A stretch of 63,538 nucleotides of DNA, counting the filler, from Octopus bimaculoides (lineage: Eukaryota): NCBI RefSeq assembly GCF_001194135.2. It is 6 parts of 6 records of this genome, joined end to end, with 100 filler letters (N's around TTAATTAATTAA, not from the genome) between each part and the next. Parts side by side here need not be neighbours in the genome. Positions count along the whole stretch, not along the records: positions 34,039 to 46,799 come from NC_069004.1; positions 46,900 to 58,219 come from NW_026296996.1; 4 more parts are not named here. The stretch is one strand, 5' to 3'. This document shows positions 41,831 through 52,711 of this stretch, one piece after another. A program made the translations under genes and the position numbers. Numbering within the stretch: the first letter of the stretch is position 1; every line of letters begins with the position of its first letter. The notes below the pieces were generated by a model. That model saw only the letters and a list, made by a program, of their open reading frames with translations, ran no database searches and was not told where the DNA came from.

Positions 41831-42691
41831 GTAATGTGTAATGTGAGGACGATTTGGTCGTTATTTGAAGCAGGTTGAACGAACGCGATTATGTTTCATT
41901 CTGTGTTGTGCGGCTCTATATTCAATGAGACTCAATGTTGCTGCTTAGCCAGGTCAGATTCCACCAAACAGAACTATGATCGTACTTTTTTTATTCAGAC
42001 ACAGTGTCCATCCCCGACTACATTATGCAGTTTATTATTCCTTCAGTTTAAGATGGCGGGATGTTATTTGATTGAGATGTGACTGCTATTTCTTGCATGT
42101 CAGGCGACTTCCTATAAAGGTTTCTTTTTCAAGCACTTGAAACTTTCCACTAAATGCAATTATTTCCCCATATGAGTCATATTTTTCCTTACAGACGGTG
42201 GAGGCAATTATCTTTGGGGAATTCCGTCACGGTGGAATTACTGTTTGATATCATAAAGCAACGATGGTAAATTACAGGAAGCAAATATTGGTTGCAAACA
42301 AGCAAGCAGCTTCACTAACGATACAACCAAGCGATCATTTGGAAGTCATAAATTGGGTATTTTTCTGATAAACAAAATAATTATTTACGATAAACTTTAA
42401 AGGATGGAGGTATATAATTAATTAAGGACAAATAAAATTAAGGTGTCATTCGGATAAACAAAATGGGGTAATTTAGGACAAACTTAAAAAGAAGATAATG
42501 GGGGTGGGTTGAGACAATGAAATTTTTTTAAAGTTTTATCGTGCAAGAAAGAGTTTGTAGGACATAAGTACGGAAATACCAAAAAGCTAAAAATAATACG
42601 ACGGGTGAAATTTTGTTTTTAAACCACCTTTCCTGCATTTAAAATTACCCGCAGTCCATACAGAGGTGAGCAGCCAAAAATAACCAAAATG

Positions 42692-42884
42692 AGTACTACT
42701 AAAGCAGCGCGGACCCGAACGCGCTAGCTAGTCTTGAGTGGTCGATCCTATCCCTGTCCCTAACTCTATCCCTAACCCGCGTGTGCAAATGAATACGTGT
42801 TTAGGGTTAGGGTTAGGAACAGGGTTAGGGTTAGGATCGACCACTCGCGACTAGCTATCGCGGACGCGCTGCTTTAGTAGTACC
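42692..42884. mobile_element. 193-bp MITE with 8-bp TSD and internal inverted TTAGGG/CCCTAA repeats
   Basis: TIRs gtactactaaagcagcgcg / cgcgctgctttagtagtac; inner IR gagtggtcgatccta / taggatcgaccactc; TSD CCAAAATG at 42684-42691 and 42885-42892. Confidence 0.85.
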
Positions 42885-43181
42885 CCAAAATGCAACCAAA
42901 AATAACGAAAATTTTTCCTGAATAAGAAAAACTTATTCAAATTATGGAAAGTTTGAATATAACCAACGTTAACTTTCAAAAAAAAATAATACAATAGTAA
43001 TACAAGATATAAATACAGTTTGGTGCCCACTCTCCACTGATTTTGTTTTCTCATAATTTTTATCTTTGATTACAATTTACATCAGAATTAAATGTGAAAG
43101 AGAAAAAAATGGGTGGGTAGGTGCACACACGTACGTAACTGATACAGAATACATATTTCGTCTCAAAGTTTCAAGTTCCAA

Positions 43182-43268
43182 TTTGTTGATATACATATGG
43201 TGTCAATATGTTGTTGATATACATGTGGTGTCAATATGTTGTTGATATACATGTGGTGTGTCAATATT
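43182..43268. repeat. 28-bp tandem repeat x3
   Basis: Unit gttgttgatatacatgtggtgtcaatat. Confidence 0.85.
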
Positions 43269-43836
43269 TGTGCGATAATTCTTTTTTTTTTTTTTTTTTT
43301 TTTTTGTCAAATTAAACTTCAATATAATTGTAACTTACACCATTTTATACACATACCTTACAGAAAAGGTATTTGTATAAAACTTGCCGGAAGTCGGAGT
43401 TAGGAATCACTAACAAGTTGGAATTTCTCCGTTTTGACAGAGCTTTTTCAGATTTTTTTCCACACTGCCCTTGGAAATAATCTGGAGCATCTTTTTTTTA
43501 ACATTTCCGATGTTCACCGAAAATTTTAGAAAAAAAAAGTACTAACTTTTCTGAAAGTTATGAGGAAACAAAGTTGGAAAGAGACACAATCGTGCAGGTA
43601 TGCCCATAATTGCAATCTACACCTTCCAAAAGGTATCTCTGTACACAATAAAAATTTGAAGGGCTTTTCAAAAAGTTATTTATGAAGAACAGTTCGAGTG
43701 AGACACCAATCTGTAGTTATGCCAATATACACATACACTCGCACATATATAACACGAACATAATTGACACCTAATAAATGTAGATATATAAATGGTTCTC
43801 TCTCAGTGCGTCAGAAAATATACGAACAAATGATCT

Positions 43837-43872
<36 letters not shown>

Positions 43873-44014
43873 TTGTATAGGATAAATCATAAATCAGTAA
43901 ATCATAAATCCAAAAGCGAAGCACACTAAGTTATAGAGCAGAAGTGTATATCTATCTATCTATCTATACACAGACTCACATATATATCGTCAATGTATCG
44001 TATTTCTGAAAAAG

Positions 44015-44045
<31 letters not shown>

Positions 44046-44864
44046 TATATATAATGTTTATATGAACAACAGAACGTGGCATTCCTATGAAGGACAATGT
44101 TATTGTTGTTATATATAGATATATACTTGTATAGAAGATAGTTACTCAATAGATAGACCACTGTAAGTAGATGCATCGCAAATATAAAATAATTCGTCTT
44201 ACTCTCAAGTCTTTTTCTGTCACTTGTATCCATATTATGCTAAAACTAAACTTTGAATCTAATCAGACACGGACATTTTTTTTTTTAGTTTTCGCGCGAC
44301 TTTTAGGTAACATCAAAAAGTAGGAATTGGTTTGACGGATCATGATCAATACTTTATTAAAATACTAAGAAGGTGCCTTTATTGATAATATTTTCATATG
44401 TTTAGCGTATAAAAAATATCAGAAATAATTATTTAGTGTATTCTTTAAGAAGAATGAATAAAATGTAGGCATAAGTCAATGAACTTTTCAATAGACGGGA
44501 GTGAATTTTGTTTTTAAAAAATGTGGACCGGAAAGAGAACGAAATATTTTTACGCACATAAAACAGGATATATTAGAATTGTTGACATTCGGTGATTCCA
44601 CGAGTATAGTGCATATATCATGTTTTATGAGCCAACGAAGGAACTTGTGATTGCTAAACCAATCAAAATTACTTAATTGGCTTAATTATAAGCAATAAAA
44701 CACCATACTTTAGAATTTTTGTACACTTTCGTAGTGTCCAGCATGTAGTTTCTATGTAGTCCATTCCGATTTGTATAGGAGGGCATTGTTTATGAGCAGA
44801 TTCGACAAGTTTACCAAAAAGGTAGAGAGAAACGATGAGGTGAACCAAATATAACACGTTTTGT

Positions 44865-45405
44865 CAGTAGCGTAACTAGGGTATGTGCCGCTGGGGCAGC
44901 CCTTGCGTTTGCCCCACTCCGGGTCCACCACAGTAGAAACAGACTAATACAGCAGTGTCAAGCACTAGTGTAGCTGGGGGGGGGGTAGTAGGAGCGGTCC
45001 GCCCGTGGGATCAGTGAACGGCAAACGGAAGGGCCGTCCCAGGCGGCACACACTCTACCTACGCTAGTGCCGTCCTCTCCCCTTAGCTATGATATTGTGA
45101 TCTGCCCAGCACAGAAACTACTTTAAAGTATTGCAGGCTCCTTTCTTGATGCTATCTAAAGCTATCGCAATGTTGGAAACCCTTCTGTATTATTAGTAAG
45201 GATCTCTGGGTCGCCGTAACCTATAATCTTATGCGAGTGCAGCAGCGAAGACTGAATTCGCCTTCCTCTACAGAAAGGCTTCGTAGATAGAGCCCGTCTG
45301 AATATTTTGAAGGTAGGGATTTGCCGGAACCCACAAAAAACACACATTGCCTACAGCAGACCCAAAAGTGCCGCCCCTACAATCTATCCCCTAGCTACGC
45401 TAGTG
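44865..45405. mobile_element. MITE with CA(G/C)TAGCGTAGCTAGGG-type ends, containing a shorter opposite-orientation copy (44963-45069)
   Basis: Four related terminal motifs at 44865(+), 44963(+), 45069(-) and 45405(-); no TSD found. Confidence 0.55.
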
Positions 45406-46232
45406 ATCTCATTATTTGATAACTACGTTTTACTGACTCCCAGAAGAATGAAACTTAAATGATGCAACAGGTCGAACAATAGAATACACAAAATGATCAT
45501 TGGCATTTCTTCCAACATTACGTTCTGAGTCCAAATTCCGCCGAGGTCGACTTTGCTTTTCATCATATAAGGGTCGATAAAATAAATACAAATTGATCAC
45601 TAGGGTCACTATATTCGACTAATACCCGCTACCCAAAATTTCAGAGCTTGTACCTTTAGTAGAGAGAATACAGCTAATTAGCGCCAATATATTTTATGTC
45701 CAGTATTCTTATTTGATTCGCTTTCATTAATATGTGAGTGAAATGTGAATTACCATCATATGTGGGGAAAACACTAAAAAGAAGAAGAAGAAGAAGAACC
45801 GGTTTATACGTAACAGCTATTCTGAAAGTCTGCCAACATGCACACACACATACATACAAACATACATGTTTATAACCTTTATGTGGTCGCTCAATCTGCC
45901 AGAAACATCAGTCAAATCTCTTAAATAACATTCTAAAGTGGATAATGTAGTTATTGATATATAATCGGACGGGATGTTCATGGTTGGTCAAATCATACAA
46001 CTGCTTGTTCTGTACTAACCTAGTAATAAAACAACACCGAATATATTATTTTCTACTCTAGGCACAAAGTCCGAAATTTTGGGGGAGGAGGCCAGTCGAT
46101 TAGATCGACCCAGTATGCAACTGGTACTTAATTTATCGACCCGAAAGGATGAAAGGCAAAGTCGACTTCGGCGGAATTTGAACTCAGAACACAAAGACAG
46201 CTTGCCGCCTTACATCACTGACTTCGTTAGAT

Positions 46233-46424
46233 ATGCCTCCAAAGAAGAAGTATGAAACAACTGATGACGATAAAGAAATTAATGCTTTGATTGCCCAGGA
46301 AACAACCGTACTCGACCCGGAACAACCAGGGAAACGTAAACGCCGGTGGCATCGATATATTTGCGTTATTTTGGGTCTCATTGTTTCGATTGGACTAGCA
46401 ATTACTGCTATTGTCCTAACTCAG
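46233..46424 (+). CDS. Probable first coding exon of an unidentified type II single-pass membrane protein (64 codons)
   Basis: MPPKKKYETTDDDKEINALIAQETTVLDPEQPGKRKRRWHRY-ICVILGLIVSIGLAITAIVLTQ: charged cytosolic tail, basic cluster, ~22-aa hydrophobic helix, ending at CAG|GTAAAA (phase 0); ttcgttAG just upstream of the ATG. Confidence 0.6.
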
Positions 46425-46761
46425 GTAAAATTATTCGTTTTATTCGGAATGTATGTGTGTGTTTAAACTACAATAGTCTGTTCGAGAAAAAATTCAGTAG
46501 ATTGACAGTTCTGTGTGGGCGCGCACGTATGCGTGTAAACGAAAATCGAGAGTCGACGTTTTTCGCAGTTCTCTTGTCTGTTACGATTCACATTGAGTTC
46601 GGAATAGTGGTTGTTGTATGTCATACAATTTCAATTTAAATGGCACTATAGGTTGTGTGTTAAGAAGCTTGCTTCCAAACCACATGGTTCTGGGTTCACT
46701 CCCACTGCGTAGTGCCTTGGCAAGTGTCTTCTGCTATAGCCTCGCGCCAACCAAGGCTATC

Positions 46762-46799
<38 letters not shown>

Positions 46800-46899
46800 N
46801 NNNNNNNNNNNNNNNNNNNNNNNNNNNNNNNNNNNNNNNNNNNTTAATTAATTAANNNNNNNNNNNNNNNNNNNNNNNNNNNNNNNNNNNNNNNNNNNN

Positions 46900-47590
46900 T
46901 TCTTTATGCAGCTGTCCTCATTCATACATATCACATGTCCAAACCAATGTAGTCTTCTCTCTTGAATGCTACATTTGATTCCTTTTATGCCCAACTTTTC
47001 TCTCAATACACTTGCACTTTGTCGTACATGTGCACTGATGTTGCACATCCAACATAGCATATCACCTTCATTTCTCTCCAGTCTACGCATGTCTTTTGCA
47101 TCCAGAGCCCATGTCTCACTACCACGGAGTATATCTATTCACACACAAGCATCATATAGTCTACATTTCACTCTGAGAGAGTCCTTTTGTGGCCAACAGA
47201 GTTAATAATTCTCTAAACTTCCTCCACCCAGTTCTTATTCAAGAAACAACACTTTCAGAACATTCTCCACCATTGCTAATTTGGTCATCTAGATAACAAA
47301 CCATCTACAACCTCAAGAGAGCCTCCTGGACATTTGAGAGAGTCCCGTGTGCTCTTAGTGCTTATTGTTCCTGCACACCTGCCACATACAAAGACTACTT
47401 CATTTGTTAATCTACCTGTGGTTCCTTTGTACCTCTTGTGTCCATGGTTTACACTGGGTGCAGCGAAGGGAATTTCTTGCAACTCCTTTCCTACATATTG
47501 AGCAGGGCCAGAGAGTTTTATCTTCTTTCTTACTAACAACAACTTTGGTCTTTGCTAGGTTAATCTTTTGGACGACCATGGACTAATGGG
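46900..47590 (-). mobile_element. RTE-type LINE RT/C-terminal fragment
   Basis: MRRLERNEGDMLCWMCNISAHVRQSASVLREKLGIKGIKCSIQERRLHWFGHVICMNEDSCIK; upstream 'VFVCGRCAG..SLEVVD' segment. Confidence 0.75.
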
Positions 47591-47959
47591 TCTTGAAACA
47601 CATAAGCTATAAATAATATCATGTAAATATTGGGTTAAAAAAAACTCTTTTGGATAGAAAAATATGGAGGCTGCCCATGAACATGAACCCACATCTTCTG
47701 TAGACGTGACTGCTTTTGACTTTTTCTGTCCAAAAAGGTGGTAAGCTGGCAGAATCATTAGCATACTGGGCAAAATGCTTAATGGCATTTCATCTGTCTT
47801 TATATTCTGGGTTCAAATTTCACCGGGGTCAACTTTACCTTTCATCCTTTTGAGGTTGATAAAATAACTACCCGTTGAGCACTGAGGTTGATGTAATCAA
47901 CTTACCCTCTCTCCCAGACTTGTTGGCCTTGTGCGAAAATTTGAAACTATTATTATTAT

Positions 47960-48118
47960 AGTTCTATATTTAAGAGATGAGGAATTATTTACATTTGACG
48001 GATATTCGTCCTCATCTTGTTTGTTGTTAACACAACGTTTCGGCTGATATACCCTCCAGCCTTCGTCAGGTGTCTTGGGGAAATTTCGAACCTGGGTTCT
48101 CATTCCTATCGATGTTAC

Positions 48119-48160
<42 letters not shown>

Positions 48161-48295
48161 TATTACTATTATTAATCAGGTCGCTGCTCTTAACGACTAC
48201 GCCATATGCCCGTGGGCATATGGCGTAGTCGTTAAGAGCGCGGGCTACTAACCCCAAGGTTCCGAGTTCGATTCACGGCAGCGACCTGATTAATA

Positions 48296-48331
<36 letters not shown>

Positions 48332-48474
48332 GTAACATCGATAGGAATGAGAACCCAGGTTCGAAATTTCCCCAAGACACCTGACGAAGGCTGGAGGGTA
48401 TATCAGCCGAAACGTTGTGTTAACAACAAACAAGATGAGGACGAATATCCGTCAAATGTAAATAATGTAAATAA
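47960..48474. mobile_element. Palindromic tRNA-headed retroelement with two inverted hammerhead motifs (copy A)
   Basis: Inverted arms ~47984-48211 and ~48214-48466; tRNA-like head 48214-48286 with Box A TGGCGTAGTCG and Box B GAGTTCGATTC; (TAA)n spacer; flanked by TATTATTATTAT at 47948-47959 and 48475-48486 (low-complexity). Confidence 0.8.
48376..48421 (+). ncRNA. Minimal type I hammerhead ribozyme motif (mirror copy on - strand at 48029-48074)
   Basis: gacac-CTGACGA-a-GGCTG(gagggtatat)CAGCC-GAAA-C-GTT-gtgtt: core CUGANGA/GAAA, 5-bp stem II, stem I gacac/gtgtt, stem III reduced to palindromic ACGT, NUH triplet GUU. Confidence 0.7.
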
Positions 48475-48781
48475 TATTATTATTATTAAGAATCGTTAGC
48501 ATTCCAGGCAAAATGCTTAATGACATTCTGAGTTTAAATTTAAGGGTTGATAAAATAAGTACCAGTTGAGTACTGGGGTCAGTGTAATTGACTTAACCCT
48601 TCTTGAATTGCTGACCTTGTGCCATAATTTGAAATTAAAATTTACATGCTATTAAGTATAGCTTTATGTGCTTCAAGATCCACTGTTTCAAAGAAAAGAG
48701 ATATTTATTCTATTTTCCTTTTCTGTTTTTTTTTTTCCATTGTAGCCCAAATATTTTGAAAGTAACTCACAATAGTTCAAC

Positions 48782-49435
48782 ATGGCTCCAACAGTGCAGA
48801 CCGGCCCACGGGAGGATCGAGAGAGGAAAAACCGCAATGTTGTGGAGAAGAGATCTGAGCTGGTGTGTCGTGTCAAATACAATAACACACTGCCTGACAT
48901 TCCATTTGATCCCAAGTTCATTACATATCCGTTCGAGTCGAACCGCTTCATCCAGTACAAACCAACCTCACTGGAACGCACTTACAAGTATGACATGCTC
49001 ACAGAACACGATCTCGGGGTAACGATTGATCTAATCAACCCAGAAACCTACAAGTTGAGCCCAAACATTTACGCTGACTCTGAAGATGAGAGACTTCTTG
49101 AAGAAGAGATCAACACCCTACATGATTCCCGTCGTTCCCGTCACCACAACACTTCAGTGTCGTGGTTGCGTAAGACTGAGTATATTTCAACAGAATATAA
49201 TCGATTCACACAGAAATCTGACAAACATGAAACAAAGGTCGGCTTCAAATTGAAGCAGATAATGAGAGAGGAGGATCTGTATAAGGATCGTGATAGCCAA
49301 ATTAAGGCCATTGAAAAGACTTTTGAAAATGCCAAAACCAACATTGCTAAACATTACAGCAAACCTGGTGTCACCCCAGTTGAGATTTTACCTGTCTTTC
49401 CTGATTTTGATCTTTGGAAACACCCCTTTGCTCAG
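48782..49435 (+). CDS. PAF1: RNA polymerase II-associated factor 1, coding exon 1 (218 codons, phase-0 donor CAG|GTAAG at 49436)
   Basis: Translation MAPTVQTG...[25 protein letters not shown]...[13 protein letters not shown]...[12 protein letters not shown]...[16 protein letters not shown]...[19 protein letters not shown] matches the Paf1 family. A polypyrimidine tract plus TGTAG ending at 48745 suggests an upstream 5'UTR intron. Confidence 0.97.
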
Positions 49436-50463
49436 GTAAGTGAACAGCTTAAGAATTATTATAAGTTCAAACCTTACTATTATTACTGACACAGTAATAA
49501 TAGTAAGGTACCCATGGCGGTGTCACATAAAAGTGCCCGTGTCGTGCCACGTAAAAGCACTCATGTGACACGTAAAACCACTTGTGGTATCATGCAAAAG
49601 TGCCCATGCGGTGCCATGTAAAACCACCCAGCACACTGTTAAGTGGTTGGCATTAGGAAGAGCATCCAGCTGTAGAAACCATGCTGAATCAGACTGGAGT
49701 CTGGTGCAGTTCCCTGGCTTGCCAGCTCTGGTTACACTGTCCAACCCATGCCAGCATGGACAACAGACGTTGATGATGATACCAGTGAGTTGTCAGAATT
49801 GTTAGCATGCCAGGTAATATGGTTAGTGACATTTCGTTGAGGCGGTGAGCTGGCAGGATCGTTAGTACACCAGGCAAAACACTTGACATTTTGTCCATCT
49901 CTTTATTTTGAGTTGCCTTTCATCCTTCGGGGATTGATAAAATAAGAACCAGCTATGTACTGGGGTTGAGGTAATCAGCTTACCCCAGCCCCCAAAATTA
50001 CTGGTTTTATGCTGACATTTGAAATCATCATCATCATTATTATTATTAACAAATCTACCCATCTACGATGAAGGCATAAAATGCAGGAGGGAAGTCATAA
50101 CAGCAGTATGTATTGAGAAATAATGTGTAAATGGACCTGATAGATTACTGGGAAATCACATTATTGTTGGTGATACAACATTCTATTGCAGCTGTATGAC
50201 GTGTGTGTGACTAAGTGACATGTGATGATGATTCACTCCCGAACTGAAATAGGCTCCCGACCTCTGTACCATGAATGGTTATGTGGACCACTTCTAACGA
50301 AAGCCAGAGCTTCCTTCAACCACTACATAAAAACTATTAAGAAAAAAATGTTATTTAAATATACTTTTATTTTGGTTGTTTATATATACTCTTATACATT
50401 CAAAATTCACAAATTTCCTTATTTAAATTATGAATCCTATTCCTTTCGATAATATCAATATGG

Positions 50464-51155
50464 TTATAAAACTTCTTTGTAGACAATACCTTCTGTTTGA
50501 TTGACACTAATTTTCAAATTACTGGAGTCTGTTGCTCTACTCATAACAACGTATAACTGGCCGTGTGTAAACATTGGAGTGGGTAAAAATACACCTACAC
50601 AATCTAAAGTCTGGCCCTGTGCCTTGTTTGCTGAGAATGCGCGAGTGGAATCTTTAGGGTTACAAAAAATCAAACTAAGACCTCTCACTGTTCTATGCGA
50701 ATAATATCTGGATGGTCTGGTACCGTGGATTATTTTCATTGACAAAACCGCGATGAAAACAATCCATTTTGAATATGCTTGAGACTGACACATCTCAATA
50801 GCCAATAAATAATCACACGCACTATATACTGACACACTTTTTCCATTTTAATTTTGCTATTAACCTTTTTCACGCCCCCCTTCATATCTATGATGGGGCC
50901 ACGAACTATGCGATGAAAATCCAGGGTTACTCATGGTCAGTGAATTTTTAATAAAAATGCGAAGGTGGTTTATCAATTCAAAAATCAATATCCACCAAAT
51001 AATCAATCAGACTTTCTGATTTTTTAATGCTTAAAACCTTCCTGACGACCATCTTTGTAATCCTGAAAAATATCGTAACCATTGGTCCAACCATCTGGCC
51101 ATGAAGAGGGAACAGACAGACAGACACAATTCCCATTATAGTAAAATAGTAAAAC
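50464..51155 (-). mobile_element. Non-autonomous Helitron-like element in the PAF1 intron, carrying the Pif1-type helicase C-terminus
   Basis: NKAQGQTLDCVGVFLPTPMFTHGQLYVVMSRATDSSNLKI...IVYKEVL* (50464-~50650). The 5' segment 'tttactataatgggaattgtgtctgtctgtctgtt' resembles non-autonomous Helitron heads (inference). 3' CTAG/hairpin not located. Confidence 0.75.
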
Positions 51156-52711
51156 TGCCCATCTGCAATGGGAAATAAAGGATAATATCACAAGTCTAAA
51201 TCCTCTAAATTCANNNNNNNNNNNNNNNNNNNNNNNNNNNNNNNNNNNNNNNNNNNNNNNNNNNNNNNNNNNNNNNNNNNNNNNNNNNNNNNNNNNNNNN
51301 NNNNNNNNNNNNNNNNNNNNNNNNNNNNNNNNNNNNNNNNNNNNNNNNNNNNNNNNNNNNNNNNNNNNNNNNNNNNNNNNNNNNNNNNNNNNNNNNNNNN
51401 NNNNNNNNNNNNNNNNNNNNNNNNNNNNNNNNNNNNNNNNNNNNNNNNNNNNNNNNNNNNNNNNNNNNNNNNNNNNNNNNNNNNNNNNNNNNNNNNNNNN
51501 NNNNNNNNNNNNNNNNNNNNNNNNNNNNNNNNNNNNNNNNNNNNNNNNNNNNNNNNNNGTTGAAATTCCACCAATGTTGACTTTGTCTTTCATTCTTTCA
51601 GGGATGATAAATTAATTACCAGTGAAACACTGGGGTTGATGTAATCGACTAGTCCTCTCCCCACAAATTTCAGGCCTTGTGCTTATAGTAGAAAGGATTA
51701 TTATTATTATTATTAAGGCAGCGAGCTGGCAGAATCGTTAGCATGCCGGGCGAAATGCTTAGCAGCATTTTGTCTTTAAATTTCTACAGATGAGTAAACT
51801 GGAGCTTCATGAAATAAAGTGTCTTGCTCAAGGACACAACACAACCCGGTCTGTGAATTGAACTCACCACCTCATGATTGTGATCCCAATGCACTAACCA
51901 CTGAGCCATGTATCTTCACTGGGGTGCATCTAACATGGCCATATGCCATCAAATACAGTAGTTAACACCTGGGATATTTTTTTATTTAAAATGTTATTAG
52001 ACATTATAAACACAAATTTCTCACATAAAAAAAAACAAAGTAACAGGCCCTACTGACTCCAGCATGTCCATACAGTAAGAATTAAAACAAAAATGAGGGG
52101 GTCTTTTTCCCCTCTCTGCAAGACTTAGTCAGTGAAAGGAAGACACTTCAAAAAATGTCAGGTGAGGGTAAAGGTGGAGGTAAAGTTATTGCCAGGACCC
52201 AGAGGCTTGGCTCAGGTGTTTATAAGTGCTAGGTGGTGGTGGTGCCGGCAGCGATGGTGCACTATATTATCCCACATAGCTTAGAAACAATGAACTGGTA
52301 GATGCTCTGTCACACAGCAAACAATTTCATCATCATCATCACCACCACCATTATCACTACAATCATCACCTCACCACCACCACCATCGCCATTACCACTT
52401 TTGCTTTCCCTTCCTGGCATGCGTTAGAAAGAGGTCCCTAACACAATATTTTACAGCAGGAAGCCCTTTTTGATGCCCTTTCAGTTGCCTGTTATGATAG
52501 AGAGGGATTTTGTGGGCCTAGTTATTTTATAATCCAAACACTATGTCCTGTAATTGGTAACCTGGTTGCATGGGAGGCCATAAATACATAATTCAAATCC
52601 CCAATGATTCTCCTGCTTTTGTGTCTCTCAGACTTTTGATTAAAATGTCTTCATATCTCCTCCTCTTCTGATTTCTTATATCTGTTTCTTTTCTTTCTTT
52701 CTTGTCTTTAG

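Noticed and set aside
31607-43268. Short direct-repeat arrays (18, 27, 28 bp) as CRISPR-like structures
   Set aside because: Units are contiguous with no unique spacers, in eukaryotic DNA; ordinary minisatellites.
38927-43400. Candidates for TONSL exon 1 (e.g. ATGTTTCAACCGG|GTAATT near 38930) and promoter motifs AAGATGGCGG (~42051) and CCGGAAGT (~43387)
   Set aside because: Short motifs expected by chance or lying in repeat-like sequence; cannot be chosen without transcript data.
48214-48286. tRNA gene
   Set aside because: Acceptor and anticodon stems pair poorly and it is embedded in a repeat with a tail; treated as a SINE-type head.
46233-48784. Bicistronic model: splicing 46424 to the 48746 acceptor gives a 73-aa membrane peptide ending in TAG (48773-48775), in frame and two codons before the PAF1 ATG
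   Set aside because: The splice would cross the synthetic spacer at 46800-46899, so adjacency is unproven. Only junction-spanning RNA reads could revive it.
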